A stretch of 61,127 nucleotides of DNA, filler included. It is 7 parts of 7 records of this genome, joined end to end, with 100 filler letters (N's around TTAATTAATTAA, not from the genome) between each part and the next. Parts side by side here need not be neighbours in the genome. Positions count along the whole stretch, not along the records: positions 48,250 to 54,968 come from SRR31156797_46606; positions 55,069 to 61,127 come from SRR31156797_46612; 5 more parts are not named here. One strand, given 5' to 3'. The notes beneath the pieces were generated by a model, which was given only the letters and a program-made list of their open reading frames with translations, was not told where the DNA came from and ran no database searches. Positions 48,919 through 60,083 of the stretch are shown in pieces (position 1 is the stretch's first letter; the number at the start of each line of letters is the position of its first letter). A program made the position numbers and the translations under genes.

Positions 48919-50160
48919 ATGAGTAAGAGAATTGTCATTACCGGAATGGGAACAGTCAATCCCCTTGGAAATAACGTCAAAGACTTCTGGGCCGGCATCC
49001 GGGCAGGAAAGAACGGAATAGGCCTTATCGATCGCTTCGACACCACCGAATACGCCGCCAAGATCGCGGGTCTTGTGAAAGACTTCAAGGGTTCCGAAAT
49101 CATAGGGAAACGGGAAGCCCGCTCCATGGCCCTTTTCACCCAGTACGCCGTAGCCGCTTCCATGGAAGCCATGGAACAGGCCGGGCTCAAGAAGGGTGAG
49201 TTTGACCCTGACCGAGCGGGTGTTATTCTGGGCAACGGAATCGGCGGTTTCGAGGTTATCGAAGAGGGACTTGAAAAGATTTTCAAGGCAGGCCCCAAGA
49301 GGGTTCACCCGATGACTATCCCCAAGATGATCACAAACGAAGGTCCTGCCAATGTCGCCATCACCCACGGCTGTATGGGTCCCGTCTGTTCCATCGCCAC
49401 CGCCTGTGCCTCAGCGACCGATGCCATCGGTCATGCGGCCACTCTTATCAAGGCAGGGAAATGTGATATGGCTATCACCGGCGGAACAGAATCCGCCATC
49501 ACCAAGCTCGGGATCTCCGGCTTCAATGTTATTCAGGCCCTGTCCACAAGGAATGATGAGCCCGAAAAGGCCTGCAGGCCCTTTGACAAGGACAGAGACG
49601 GCTTTATCCATTCGGAAGGCGCCGGAATCCTCGTCATTGAAAGTGAGGAGCACGCCAAAGCCCGGGGAGCCAGTATTCTTGCCGAACTCGTGGGTTACGG
49701 TTCCACCTGTGACGCCAACCACCTGACGGCCCCCCACCCCGAGGGCATCGGTGCTGCCAAAGCCATGACCATCGCCATGAAGGAAGCGGGGCTTAATCCC
49801 GAAGATATCGACTACATCAACGCCCACGGGACCTCCACTCCGACCAATGATCCTCTGGAAACCAAGTCCATCAAGAAGGCCCTGGGAGATTACGCCTACA
49901 AGGTTAAGATTTCTTCAACAAAGAGCATGCACGGCCACTGTGTCGGCGCCGCCGGAGGAGTCGAAGCCATTGTCTGTACCATGGCCATCCTTGACAGCTA
50001 CGTTCCTCCCACGATCAACCTTGATGAACCGGATCCCGAATGCGATCTTGACTACACCCCCCATACGGGAGTAGAAATGAAGATAGACACCACCATGTCC
50101 AACTCCCTCGGGTTCGGCGGGCATAACGGCGTCATCATCATCAAACGATACGAGGCGTAA
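48919..50160 (+). CDS. fabF: Beta-ketoacyl-ACP synthase II
   Basis: TACAS, PFDKDRDGF, NAHGTST, TKSMHGH, SLGFGGHN. Confidence 0.95.
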   Translation: MSKRIVITGMGTVNPLGNNVKDFWAGIRAGKNGIGLIDRFDTTEYAAKIAGLVKDFKGSEIIGKREARSMALFTQYAVAASMEAMEQAGLKKGEFDPDRAGVILGNGIGGFEVIEEGLEKIFKAGPKRVHPMTIPKMITNEGPANVAITHGCMGPVCSIATACASATDAIGHAATLIKAGKCDMAITGGTESAITKLGISGFNVIQALSTRNDEPEKACRPFDKDRDGFIHSEGAGILVIESEEHAKARGASILAELVGYGSTCDANHLTAPHPEGIGAAKAMTIAMKEAGLNPEDIDYINAHGTSTPTNDPLETKSIKKALGDYAYKVKISSTKSMHGHCVGAAGGVEAIVCTMAILDSYVPPTINLDEPDPECDLDYTPHTGVEMKIDTTMSNSLGFGGHNGVIIIKRYEA

Positions 50161-50586
50161 ATGAATAATATTGAATCCCTGATCCCCCACCGTGATCCCT
50201 TCCTCTTTGTAGACCGGATCGAAAGCGCGGATAAGGAGAAGATTGTCGGTTACCGGAAGTTCCGGGCCGACGACTTTTTCTTTAAAGGACACTTCCCCGA
50301 GTACCCCGTCGTACCAGGAGTCATACTTGTTGAAACCATGGCCCAGTGCGGTGGTGCCGGTGTTCAGAGCATGGGACTCCTCCCCGAAGGGGCTCTTTTC
50401 TTTCTGGCTACCGTCGACAAGACAAAGTTTCGCAGCCAGGTCAGACCTGAGGATGAAGTCAGGATGGAAGTCGAAAACATCCGCATCTCTCCCAATATGC
50501 TGAAGCAGAAGGGCAAGGCTTTTATCGGAGAAACCCTCTGTGCCGAAGCAGAATGGATGTGTATTATAGGAAAAGCGCCCGAGTAG
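50161..50586 (+). CDS. fabZ: 3-hydroxyacyl-ACP dehydratase
   Basis: IPHRDPFLFVDRI, FFKGHFP..PVVPGVILVETMAQ. Confidence 0.93.
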   Translation: MNNIESLIPHRDPFLFVDRIESADKEKIVGYRKFRADDFFFKGHFPEYPVVPGVILVETMAQCGGAGVQSMGLLPEGALFFLATVDKTKFRSQVRPEDEVRMEVENIRISPNMLKQKGKAFIGETLCAEAEWMCIIGKAPE

Positions 50587-50618
50587 TAACAGGGCGCTCC
50601 TTAATACGAAAAACTCTC

Positions 50619-50644
50619 AAAAACTCGCTTTTGCGAGTTTTTTT
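50619..50644 (+). terminator. Terminator after fabZ
   Basis: AAAAACTCGC-tttt-GCGAGTTTTTTT. Confidence 0.75.
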
Positions 50645-50688
50645 TACTATACTCTCCTAGAGGCACCATTTTTTAAGGAGCAATAACA

Positions 50689-51726
50689 ATGGAAAAATCC
50701 AAGAAACTACTGGATAAACTTTTTACAAGAGGCCGGGAATTCCTCGGCGTTGAATACCCCATCCTCGGCGGGGCCATGTCATGGATCTCCGAGTCAAAGC
50801 TGGTCTCCTCCATCTCCAACGAGGGCGGATTCGGCGTATTGGCCGGAGGCAATATGCCGGTTGAACTCTTCAAGGAAGAGATCAAAAAGACAGAGGCCCT
50901 GACCGATAAACCCTTTGGCGTGAATCTTATAAGTATCGCCGAAAACTTCAGAGCCCAGCTCGATCATGTTCTTGAAATTCAGTTTCCCTACATCATTTTC
51001 GCCGGCGGACTCCCCCCCCGGGACGCCATCAACAAGGTACGACAGACCTCAAGCAAGATGATCTGTTTCGCACCCACCGTCGGAATCGCCAAACAGCTAA
51101 TCAAAATGGGTGTTGATGCTCTTATTATTGAAGGTCACGAGGCAGGCGGGCATATCGGCCCCGTATCCACCTCAGTCCTGGCCGAACAGATCCTCCCCCA
51201 CACCACCGAAGTACCGGTCTTTGTTGCTGGTGGTATCGGAAGCGGTCTTTTGATGGTCCACTATATGATGATGGGTGCATCCGGCGTTCAGCTCGGATCA
51301 CGGTTTGCCTGTTCCGAAGAGTCCATTGCCCACGACAACTTCAAACAGGCCTTTATCAAGGCTGCCAGTAAGGACGCCATTCCCACCGCCCAGTTCGATC
51401 CGCGGCTTCCGGTTATTCCGGTCCGCTCTATCGTAAACAAAGGCGTGGAAGATTTCACGACCCTCCAGCTCGGACTTCTTGCCCAGATGGAAAGGGGCAC
51501 CCTGAACAGAAAGGAAGCCAGCGAAAAACTCGAAGGTTTCTGGTTAGGAGGCCTTCGGAAGGCTGTGATCGATGGAGATGTCGAAGGCGGTTCACTTATG
51601 GCCGGACAGTCGGTCGGAATCATCGACAAGGTGCAGAGTGTCAGGGAAATTCTTGACGATATGGTCGACAGAGGCGTTCAGGAAGCCGATAGAATTCTCG
51701 GTCTTGTCGGAGTCTGCGACGAGTAA
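50689..51726 (+). CDS. fabK: Enoyl-ACP reductase II / nitronate monooxygenase family
   Basis: YPILGGAM, KPFGVN, EGHEAGGHIG, AGGI, GSLMAGQ; within fab cluster. Confidence 0.8.
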   Translation: MEKSKKLLDKLFTRGREFLGVEYPILGGAMSWISESKLVSSISNEGGFGVLAGGNMPVELFKEEIKKTEALTDKPFGVNLISIAENFRAQLDHVLEIQFPYIIFAGGLPPRDAINKVRQTSSKMICFAPTVGIAKQLIKMGVDALIIEGHEAGGHIGPVSTSVLAEQILPHTTEVPVFVAGGIGSGLLMVHYMMMGASGVQLGSRFACSEESIAHDNFKQAFIKAASKDAIPTAQFDPRLPVIPVRSIVNKGVEDFTTLQLGLLAQMERGTLNRKEASEKLEGFWLGGLRKAVIDGDVEGGSLMAGQSVGIIDKVQSVREILDDMVDRGVQEADRILGLVGVCDE

Positions 51727-51753
51727 ATTGACATCATGAGGTGAAAATAAACG

Positions 51754-51778
51754 GGGCTGCCTTTCGGGCAGCCCTTTT
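51754..51778. terminator. Bidirectional terminator
   Basis: GGGCTGCC-tttcg-GGCAGCCC-TTTT between convergent genes. Confidence 0.8.
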
Positions 51779-51828
51779 CATATCCGGAAATGTGATATTT
51801 CAGAAATCGTTTATAACGCCTTTCAGGT

Positions 51829-52539
51829 TCAGGCGACCACTCCCCGATCCTTCCAGCCTTTGGCAATATAGAGGAAGGGCGTATCAAGCGCCGCAACGAT
51901 AACCTTGAAAAGATAGGTCGTTATCAGAATCTCAACAAAAATTCCCGCGGGAAAGAGTCCCCAGAAGGCAATAAAGGTAAAAACAATGCTGTCCATCATC
52001 TGGCTGACCATTGTCGAAAGATTGTTTCTAATCCAGAGGAATTTCTTTCCCGGTTTCTTCTCCTTCCAGAAGTTATAAGCCCAGACATCATGAATCTGTG
52101 ACAGTCCATAGGCCGCCAGGCTTCCTATGGTGATCCGCGGCATAATCGAAAAAATTGTAGAAAGACTCTCCTGGGCAAAATCAGATGGATGAGGGACAAA
52201 AAGCAAAGCCAGATTCATCATGACAGTCAGGATAATGAGAGAGAAAAATCCCATATAAACCGCACGACCGGCTTCTTTCTTTCCATAATTCTCATTCAGT
52301 ATATCCGTTGCCAGAAAAGAAGTAGCATAGACAATATTCCCAAGGGTAGCCGTGATGCCGAAGAGCTCCACGGTTTTAACCACCTGAATATTGGCAATAA
52401 TCGAGGCTATGGGAACCCATATAAGAAGACCGGTCTTTCCGAAAAACCGGTAGGCAAAAAGTATGCCGCCAAAATTGGCGGCAAGCATAATAAACCACAG
52501 TATTTCATTCCCTGCGGGAATGGACGCAAAATCAATCAA
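51829..52539 (-). CDS. Queuosine precursor transporter (YhhQ/DUF165)
   Basis: ANIQVVK, LGNIVY, TDILNENYG, SQIHDV, WIRNNLSTMVSQ, DTPF. Confidence 0.88.
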   Translation of the reverse strand: MIDFASIPAGNEILWFIMLAANFGGILFAYRFFGKTGLLIWVPIASIIANIQVVKTVELFGITATLGNIVYATSFLATDILNENYGKKEAGRAVYMGFFSLIILTVMMNLALLFVPHPSDFAQESLSTIFSIMPRITIGSLAAYGLSQIHDVWAYNFWKEKKPGKKFLWIRNNLSTMVSQMMDSIVFTFIAFWGLFPAGIFVEILITTYLFKVIVAALDTPFLYIAKGWKDRGVVA

Positions 52540-53923
52540 GGGCGAAAGCTCCTGTTATACCTTCCTTAAAATCCGTACTCTCTTCGAGAGCCGGGAAGAG
52601 CTTCTCCAGGGCCTTTGTGTTGGCCTGACTCCAGTTCAGACCGCCCCCTTTGAATTCTTCGGTCTCAAAGGTATATAGATTCCTTCCCTCCTTGTCAACC
52701 GCGATATTAGCCTTCACATAGATAATGACCAGTCCATAGTCGTTGGGAGGCGCATTCCTGTACTGGAGGTTGAAGGAGATATCGAAGGAACTCTCTTCCT
52801 CCTCGGCTACCAGCTTCACAGGCAGCTGGCCGGTGAAAAAGGCTTTGGCCGTACCGTTCACCCCTCCCAGGGCGGCCGGATCTTCCACATCACCGCCGAA
52901 GGAGACCCGGAAACCGGCCTTCAGCTGCTGCAGATCAATCAGGATATCTTTCTGGGGCGGTGTAAAACGAAAAGCTGCGGGAAGACCGAAACCTGCGGTA
53001 TCCATCCGGACGGCCACATAGTTCTTACCCACATCGAGTTTTTCAAGGTTAACCGGTTCGTCATAAGTTCCCATAGGAGAGGTGACCAGAGAAAAAGCGG
53101 TCTCCCCTTCTCCGGCCATACCAATTAGATTGAGAGTCATCTGACCGGTGCGCGAACGCAGACTGCTCGAAACATTGATATCGATATCCGCCGGACGACC
53201 AGTTTCAGCTGTAATCTCTCCCGGTTCCACATTTATTGTTACCGATGAAAACTCATACCCCACCCTTTTTTCGATCAGGTCAATAAGCGAACCGCTTTCG
53301 CCGTCCAGTTCCGCAGGAATCATACCTGTATAGGCCGAAGCCGCGACAATCTGCCATCCCGAAGCCAGGGCATTCAGGGTATCTGTCAGGGTGCGGTTTT
53401 TATCCATTACAACCGGTTCCACAAGGTCCATAACCCGGCGCTTGATATCATTCATCTCCCGGTTTTGAATCGCTTCCCATTCAGCCTTGTTCAGACGGAC
53501 GTAATACCAGCCACCGTCTTCTTCAGAATACCAGGAATCCATAGTTTCCACGGCCTGAAGGTTCTGAGCCACTACGGAGTTGATCTCCTCCTCGGCGGAG
53601 TGAGAACTTCCTGTCCCGTCATCAACAACCCTGTAGGAGGTAGAACTTGTGATTTCAACGGATATCTCGGCAGCCAGAGAGTTATAGGCTTTAGCCTTTG
53701 CGGCTTCCATATCATCAGCCTCGACACCGGAGTTCGATCCACCGATCCCGATGTAGTAATCGGCATCTCTGGGATACTGATCCACCCAGGCAGGCCGGGG
53801 ATTTTCTGTTTCGCCTTCGGAGCCGCCGGCAGGAGCCGTTGCACAACCGGTTAAAAACAGAAAAACGGATGCTGTTATTAAAAGGATATTCAATACATGT
53901 GCATTCGCTTTCATCTTTTTCAT
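52532..53923 (-). CDS. LPP20-domain lipoprotein
   Basis: Lipobox LTGC; RPAWV..YYIGIG..AKAKAYNSLAAEI. Confidence 0.75.
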   Translation of the reverse strand: MKKMKANAHVLNILLITASVFLFLTGCATAPAGGSEGETENPRPAWVDQYPRDADYYIGIGGSNSGVEADDMEAAKAKAYNSLAAEISVEITSSTSYRVVDDGTGSSHSAEEEINSVVAQNLQAVETMDSWYSEEDGGWYYVRLNKAEWEAIQNREMNDIKRRVMDLVEPVVMDKNRTLTDTLNALASGWQIVAASAYTGMIPAELDGESGSLIDLIEKRVGYEFSSVTINVEPGEITAETGRPADIDINVSSSLRSRTGQMTLNLIGMAGEGETAFSLVTSPMGTYDEPVNLEKLDVGKNYVAVRMDTAGFGLPAAFRFTPPQKDILIDLQQLKAGFRVSFGGDVEDPAALGGVNGTAKAFFTGQLPVKLVAEEEESSFDISFNLQYRNAPPNDYGLVIIYVKANIAVDKEGRNLYTFETEEFKGGGLNWSQANTKALEKLFPALEESTDFKEGITGAFALD

Positions 53924-53942
53924 ACGGTATATTCCTTATCTC

Positions 53943-54746
53943 TTAATTCAAATTCTCCGGACAAATGCCGAGCGAATAGTACTCTTTACCATCGGGACTG
54001 ACATAGCGGGCAATCACATAAAAACCTTTCACAGTGGCCTCGGCTATTTCAAGGGTAGTTTTCACTTGAGCACTTCCCCCCTGGGTAGAAATAGCGTTTT
54101 GCTGCTGTTTAATCTCCAGAGACATGGATTTGACCATTTCTTCAAGAGCCTGAAGATCCGCATTGGTGATCGAATCTGCTGGATGACTGGACTGACGGAC
54201 GAAACCGACACTGACCCGGTAACCTGAGATCCGGGGAGGATTGTTGATCCATTTGGAGGAGTTCAGATTGAGCGTACCCCGGGGCGGCAGATTCACCGAA
54301 GCACCGTCCTTATACCGGGCAAGAACATAGGTTCCCCGACTGTCCTGCAGTTCCTTGATAACTTCCATATTCTCAAGGGCAGACTGAACCGTTCCCTGAT
54401 TGAAATCAACATCGAAATCTCCCATCCGGCCGCTGCCGCTGGAAGACTGTTCAGTATAGGACTTAGAAAGTCCCCGAACCTGATTATAAATGGATGCCCG
54501 GATTGCCGCCGTAACAAGTGCCGACTGACTCTCCTCTTCCCGATCAGAAAGCCTGCGGGCTGTTCCCAGAAAGACAGGAGTGGACCCCTCGGGCCAGGTG
54601 TTCAGATACTCGGAATACTCCGAATCACCAAAGTTGGCAGGAGAGGTTGTGACCACTTTATCAGGCGTCCCGGCCATGGTGGTGCATCCGGAGAATAGAA
54701 AAACCGACAATAGTAACAAAAGTAATGCTTTAAAGTATATTTTCAT
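53943..54746 (-). CDS. Lipoprotein with LPP20-like domain
   Basis: Lipobox FSGC; KWINNPP..VSVG..ADLQALEEM. Confidence 0.65.
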   Translation of the reverse strand: MKIYFKALLLLLLSVFLFSGCTTMAGTPDKVVTTSPANFGDSEYSEYLNTWPEGSTPVFLGTARRLSDREEESQSALVTAAIRASIYNQVRGLSKSYTEQSSSGSGRMGDFDVDFNQGTVQSALENMEVIKELQDSRGTYVLARYKDGASVNLPPRGTLNLNSSKWINNPPRISGYRVSVGFVRQSSHPADSITNADLQALEEMVKSMSLEIKQQQNAISTQGGSAQVKTTLEIAEATVKGFYVIARYVSPDGKEYYSLGICPENLN

Positions 54747-54802
54747 AAAATTAACCTAGGTAAATTATAACGGAATCAATCATGGATGAAAACGATTAAT
54801 AA

Positions 54803-54841
54803 AAAAAAGATCGTTTCTGTTAACCAGAAACGATCTTTTTT
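54803..54841 (-). terminator. Terminator hairpin
   Basis: AAAAAAGATCGTTTCTG-ttaac-CAGAAACGATCTTTTTT. Confidence 0.85.
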
Positions 54842-54856
54842 CAAGTTCAGAACTCG

Positions 54857-54967
54857 TTATTTAACGGGCTCGGACTGGGGAGGATTGCTCTCCAGCTGAG
54901 CATCGAGCATTTCAAGAGCCTGGGCAGCCTTGAACTCTGCGAATGCTGAGTTTTCATTTCTCTCGAA
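54857..54967 (-). CDS. C-terminal fragment of a protein, possibly a third LPP20-type lipoprotein (not in ORF track)
   Basis: Manual translation FERNENSAFAEFKAAQALEMLDAQLESNPPQSEPVK*, open to contig edge and followed by terminator. Confidence 0.55.
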   Translation of the reverse strand, partial: FERNENSAFAEFKAAQALEMLDAQLESNPPQSEPVK

Positions 54968-54968
54968 A

Positions 54969-55068
54969 NNNNNNNNNNNNNNNNNNNNNNNNNNNNNNNN
55001 NNNNNNNNNNNNTTAATTAATTAANNNNNNNNNNNNNNNNNNNNNNNNNNNNNNNNNNNNNNNNNNNN
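54969..55068. other. Artificial contig spacer
   Basis: N-runs around TTAATTAATTAA. Confidence 0.98.
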
Positions 55069-58000
55069 CCCTTGCAGCCTCAATAGCAGCATTCAATGCA
55101 AGCAGGTTGGTCTGATCAGCAATAGTGGTAATAAGATTGACGATCTCATCGATCCTTCTGGATTTATCTTCAAGGTTATTGATGACATTTGCAGATTGTG
55201 AAACTGCTGTACTTATCCCATTCATTTTGTTCAAAAGGTCGTTTGTGAGACCGCCCAGGTCAGCCATCTTCTTATTAGACTCACCAGAATAGTTTGCAGC
55301 ATTCTGCGAATTCGCTGCTACATCCTGTATGCTCTGTGTCATATGCTGCATGGTACGTGACACTTCTTCAGTCTTCACAGACTGTTCCTGAGACCCTCTT
55401 GAGATCTCGTCCACTGTGCCGGCTACTTCTGCTGCAGAAACTGTCAGTTGCGTAGTGGATAGGGACATATCTTTAGCAGTGCTAACTACCATGTCTGCTA
55501 CAGTCTTCACATGGCACACGATGTCATTCAGTGATAACCTGGTACTTTCAATACCATCAGTGAGTTTTCTGAACTCACCAACACCCTGCACAGATACAGA
55601 GTATGTGAGATTATCATTGCTCATCTCTGCAAGAACTTCACTGCTATCTCTGATAAGGGCCTGCAGATCATCTCCAAAAGAGTTTAAAGTATTTGCAACC
55701 TTATTGAAATCACCATGAACATCTGATGTAATCCTGGTAGCAAGATCCCCTTCGGAATAGGCCTCCAGCACCACACAAGCCTCTTCGAATGGTGTAACAA
55801 TAGCATCCAATGTCCTGTTCACACCATCGACGATCCTGTAGAAATCTCCACCATGCTTCGAAGCATCAGCTCGCACAGACAACTGACCATTTACACCAGC
55901 CTCCACAAGCATCTGTGAATCCTCCACCAGTGCATTGATAGCGTCGATACAGGTGTTGATGTTGTTCTTGATCTCATTGAAATCGCCATAATAAGCATCA
56001 GTGATATGAGCAGGAATATCTCCTTTAGATATCCTGTCGATATATTCGGCAGCCACATTCAATGGAGATATGACTGAATCGAAGGCTGCATTTACATCCA
56101 GAATAGCCTCTTCATACTTGCCTTCAAATCCTGATGGATCGGCCCTCTGATCGAGTTTGCCTTCTTCTACGGCTGTACCAAGTACAACGAACTGATCCAC
56201 AAGGCCCTGTATACTTTCCATCATCTTGATGTATGCAGGCAGGAACTCGTCGTTCTCACTCCTCTTACCTATGCCCCGATAGACATCAAGCATCTGCAGG
56301 TCACCTGCTGCGATCATCTTGGTGGTATTCTGAACAACGACTGTGTGGTCCAGAGCTTCGTTGGTCCATTTTGCAATCTCACCGAATATTCCTTGATACT
56401 CATTCTCTACCTTAACAGTCAGATCATTGACAGCGATGTTCTGAAGCACATCGTTACATTCTGTAAGTGCACCTAAACCATCAATACAATGATTGAGGTT
56501 GTTCTTGATCTCGTTGAACTCACCTCTATACTCATCCGTGATCTTCTCAGGTATCTCACCTTTGGAGATACGGTCGACATACTCCGCTGCAACGTTCAAC
56601 GGACCTATGAAGGCATCAAGAGTAGCATTTACAGCATCAACTATATCCCGTGGGTTTCCTTCGAACTTGCTTATATCTGCACGGGCATCGAGCTTTCCGT
56701 TGACCGCTGCATCTGACAGTTGAAGTACTTCTTTAGTGACGTTCACTTCAGAGGTCATATCCATGACATATTCAAGACCACCAATGATCTCACCCTCACT
56801 GTTTCTCAGCGGAGTTGCAGTATAACGGATCGGTAAGTCTCCTGAAGGAAGATGAGCAATAGTATCTGCTGAAGATACGACACCGTTATTCATAGCTCTG
56901 GCAACCCGGCATTCTTCCGTATTACAATGCGGAGTATTGAACAGCTCATAGCATTTCAGGCCCTGACACTCATTAGTGGACTTACCTACTGCATTTGCAC
57001 CGGCAGGATTAATGAATGACACATTAAACTCTTTGTCCACAGCCATAACAGGAGCCGGGATCCTATTGAGAAGCTCGACCTTTGAACCGGAATCTTCAAG
57101 AGCGTTCTTGATCTCCGTCTGATCCATGAAGATCTCAAGGGAACCGATGATCTTGCCTTCCCTGTCCGTCAGCGGAACACCGCTGCATTTTATAGATACA
57201 TCCTGTCCGAGATCTGCAACTGCTTCCCCGTGTTCAACATTCTGTGTGATCATTGACCTTGTACATACACAACCATCGGTTTTGCAGACATTTGTCTTAT
57301 AATGGTCATAACATTTTGTTCCGACCATACTGGTAGCTGCAAGACTGGCTGCTTCTGCTGCCTTGCTGTTTACATAATTTACATTATACTCTCTGTCAAT
57401 GATCATGAAAGGAACAGGAATACTATCAATGTGCCCTACAAGTGTGGCTACGACATCGTTCATACCCTCCACAAGTTTGGCATATTCCCCACTGAACTTA
57501 GCAGAGTCTGCCCTTGTAGTGAGTTTGCCTTCTATTGCAGCATCAGTAAGGAATTCAGCCTCCTCGAGTAATGAGTTCATGGAGTCGATACAGAGGTTTA
57601 GATTGTTCTTGATCTCGTTGAAGTCACCACTGTACGAGTCTGTGATCTTTTGTGGTATGTCACCTTTGGAGATGCGGTCGATATATTCTGCTGCCACATT
57701 CAGCGGACCTATAAAAGCATCAAGACAACTGTTGACCCCTTCAACAACCTTACAGAAATCACCATTGTGTCTGGCGGAATCTGCACGTGTGTCCAGGCGT
57801 CCCTCAACACCTGCCTGTGCGAGCATCACGGAATCATCGACCAGTGCATTGATGGCATCGATACACATGTTCAAATTGTTCTTGATCTCATTGAAATCAC
57901 CTTTATACTCATCCGTGATCTTCTCAGGAATGTCGCCTTTGGAGATACGGTCGATATATTCAGCAGAAACGTTCAGTGGACCCATTACAGCATCAAGAAG

Positions 58001-58345
58001 TTGATTGATACCTCCTAAAACTCTATTGCAATGACCGGTATATTCCGATACATCACCGCGTGCATCAAGTTTCCCCTCTACAACTGCATCTATAAGTCGT
58101 AACACCTCACTTGCAAGGTTCTGGTTCTGAGCTTCATCAGAAGCTTTTTCTTTAAGGGTTATATCCTTCTGCGCGATTTCATTTTTTAGTGAAAGATATT
58201 CATCTAAGAGCGAATTTAAAGATTCAGCCACTTTTCCATCTAAAGCATTGCCATTTGAAGATATCCTGGCATCCACATTCCCATTATCTACTGCATCGAT
58301 AACACTGATAATTTCAGATTTTAATTTATCATTCATTCCTAGCAT
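55069..58345 (-). CDS. Soluble methyl-accepting chemotaxis protein with poly-HAMP and two PAS domains (3'-truncated)
   Basis: IADQTNLLALNAAIEAAR signalling hairpin; repeated PLNVxAEYxDRISKG..FNEIKNN; no TM helix. Confidence 0.93.
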
Positions 58346-58606
58346 TTTTTACCCACCTTTATCTCATATTGATAGTAATTTTCTGCCACATTTAATCAAA
58401 GAAGTCATTTTCACACAGAAATTAATTATTTGGGTGGCAGCTTTGCATTGCAAACAAATATTATACATTGTAAGTATATAAATATGACTGGTGTCTAATA
58501 AACTTTGAAGATGAAATATAGTTTTGCACAATAAAGTAACTTTTTTGATTGTGATTACAAAAGCAATACTCTAATAGAGAGAAAAAACATTTTTTTGTGC
58601 AACATA

Positions 58607-58613
58607 TTTATAT
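58607..58613 (+). promoter_or_regulatory. Archaeal TATA-box candidate
   Basis: TTTATAT about 28 nt upstream of ATG 58641. Confidence 0.4.
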
Positions 58614-58640
58614 GTATGAGTTAAAAATGCCATTATACAA

Positions 58641-60083
58641 ATGGATACATATAAAGAAGAGACTAAAAAAATAAAAGCGATCCTAAAATCAAATCCCAGA
58701 GGACTTAGTGTAACCGATATTTCTAAAGAGATAGGCATTAACAGAAATACAGTTGCAAAATATCTGGAAATACTAAGGATTAGCGGACATATTGAAATGG
58801 AATCCATTGGAACTGCAAAGATCTACTTCCTTTCACAAAGAATTCCAATTTCTACTTTACTCGATTTTTCTTCAGACTATATTATAGTAATAGACAATAA
58901 TCTTAAAGTTATCCAGGCAAATGACAAATTCTCCGATATCATAGGACTTTCAAAAAAGGAGTTAAGCGGCAGACCAATTGAAGAGATATTGCCCCCAATG
59001 ATCTCAAATGAAACATTAATGGAAAACATTGGTGATGCTCTTGGAGGAAAAGAATCGGTTGAAATGCTGGACCTCATTATAAATAACGAACTCTGGTTCC
59101 TGAAAACAAAGATAATTCCTTCTACATTTGATGACGGCGAACTCGGTGTAACCCTTATAATGGAAAATATAACCAAGGAGATCAAGAGCCAAAATTTATT
59201 AAAAGAACAACAAGAGAAACTTGAAAAAATGGTTTCTGAAAGAACATCTGAACTTGAAAAAACCAATAAAATGCTCAAAAAGGAGATAACTGAAAGAAAA
59301 TGGATAGAGGAGAAACTCCATGAAGAGCATGCAAAGGCACAGAATTACCTTGACATCACAGGTGTCTTAATAGCAGTAACTGATAAAAATTGCAATACAA
59401 ACCTCATTAACAGAAAAGGACTTGAAATCCTTGAATGCAAAGAGGAAGACATCATTGATAAGAATTTGATAGATACTTTTGTTCAGGAATCTGAAAAGGC
59501 AGAAGCTTATGACAGGTACAATCGACTTTTAAGCGAAGAATGTGAAATAAGTTGTGAAAGCTATATTGTCACACCTGGCGGGAATAAGAAACTGATCAAA
59601 TGGACAAATGTGAGTCTTAAAGATAAAAATGGGAACATAGTGGGAATTGTTGCATCCGGACAGGATATTACCGGACAGAAAAGGATTGAAGAAGAATTAA
59701 AAGAAAGCGAGCAAAAATACCGCCTGCTTGCCGATAATACCTTTGACAGTATATGGCAACTGAATAAAGACCTTGTATTCATCTATGCAAACCCTGCCAC
59801 AGTAAATATAACTGACATCGAGGCTGAAGATTTCATAGGAACTAAGCTACAGGACTATTTTCCAGTAAGAGAAATGGAAAAGATAATGGATATCATGAGC
59901 AATTGCCTGAAGAACAGTCCTGAAGACGAATATATTAAAATTGATACAGTGATATATGATAAGAACAAAAAACTTGTTCCTATAGAGATCCATTCTAAAA
60001 TGTTATTTGACGAAGAAGGAAATTATTGCGGGTTCCAGGGAACGACAAAAAAAAGAAAAACTTCTGACGATTCATCTAAATAA
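58641..60083 (+). CDS. HTH plus three-PAS one-component regulator
   Basis: GLSVTDISKEIGINRNTVAKYLEIL HTH; PAS units, two ending ENIT and QDIT; no kinase domain. Confidence 0.85.
   Translation: MDTYKEETKKIKAILKSNPRGLSVTDISKEIGINRNTVAKYLEILRISGHIEMESIGTAKIYFLSQRIPISTLLDFSSDYIIVIDNNLKVIQANDKFSDIIGLSKKELSGRPIEEILPPMISNETLMENIGDALGGKESVEMLDLIINNELWFLKTKIIPSTFDDGELGVTLIMENITKEIKSQNLLKEQQEKLEKMVSERTSELEKTNKMLKKEITERKWIEEKLHEEHAKAQNYLDITGVLIAVTDKNCNTNLINRKGLEILECKEEDIIDKNLIDTFVQESEKAEAYDRYNRLLSEECEISCESYIVTPGGNKKLIKWTNVSLKDKNGNIVGIVASGQDITGQKRIEEELKESEQKYRLLADNTFDSIWQLNKDLVFIYANPATVNITDIEAEDFIGTKLQDYFPVREMEKIMDIMSNCLKNSPEDEYIKIDTVIYDKNKKLVPIEIHSKMLFDEEGNYCGFQGTTKKRKTSDDSSK

Noticed and set aside
55955-57985. 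Repeated ~100-nt DNA units resembling an array
   Set aside because: They are in-frame HAMP repeats inside the MCP coding sequence, not CRISPR or a mobile element.
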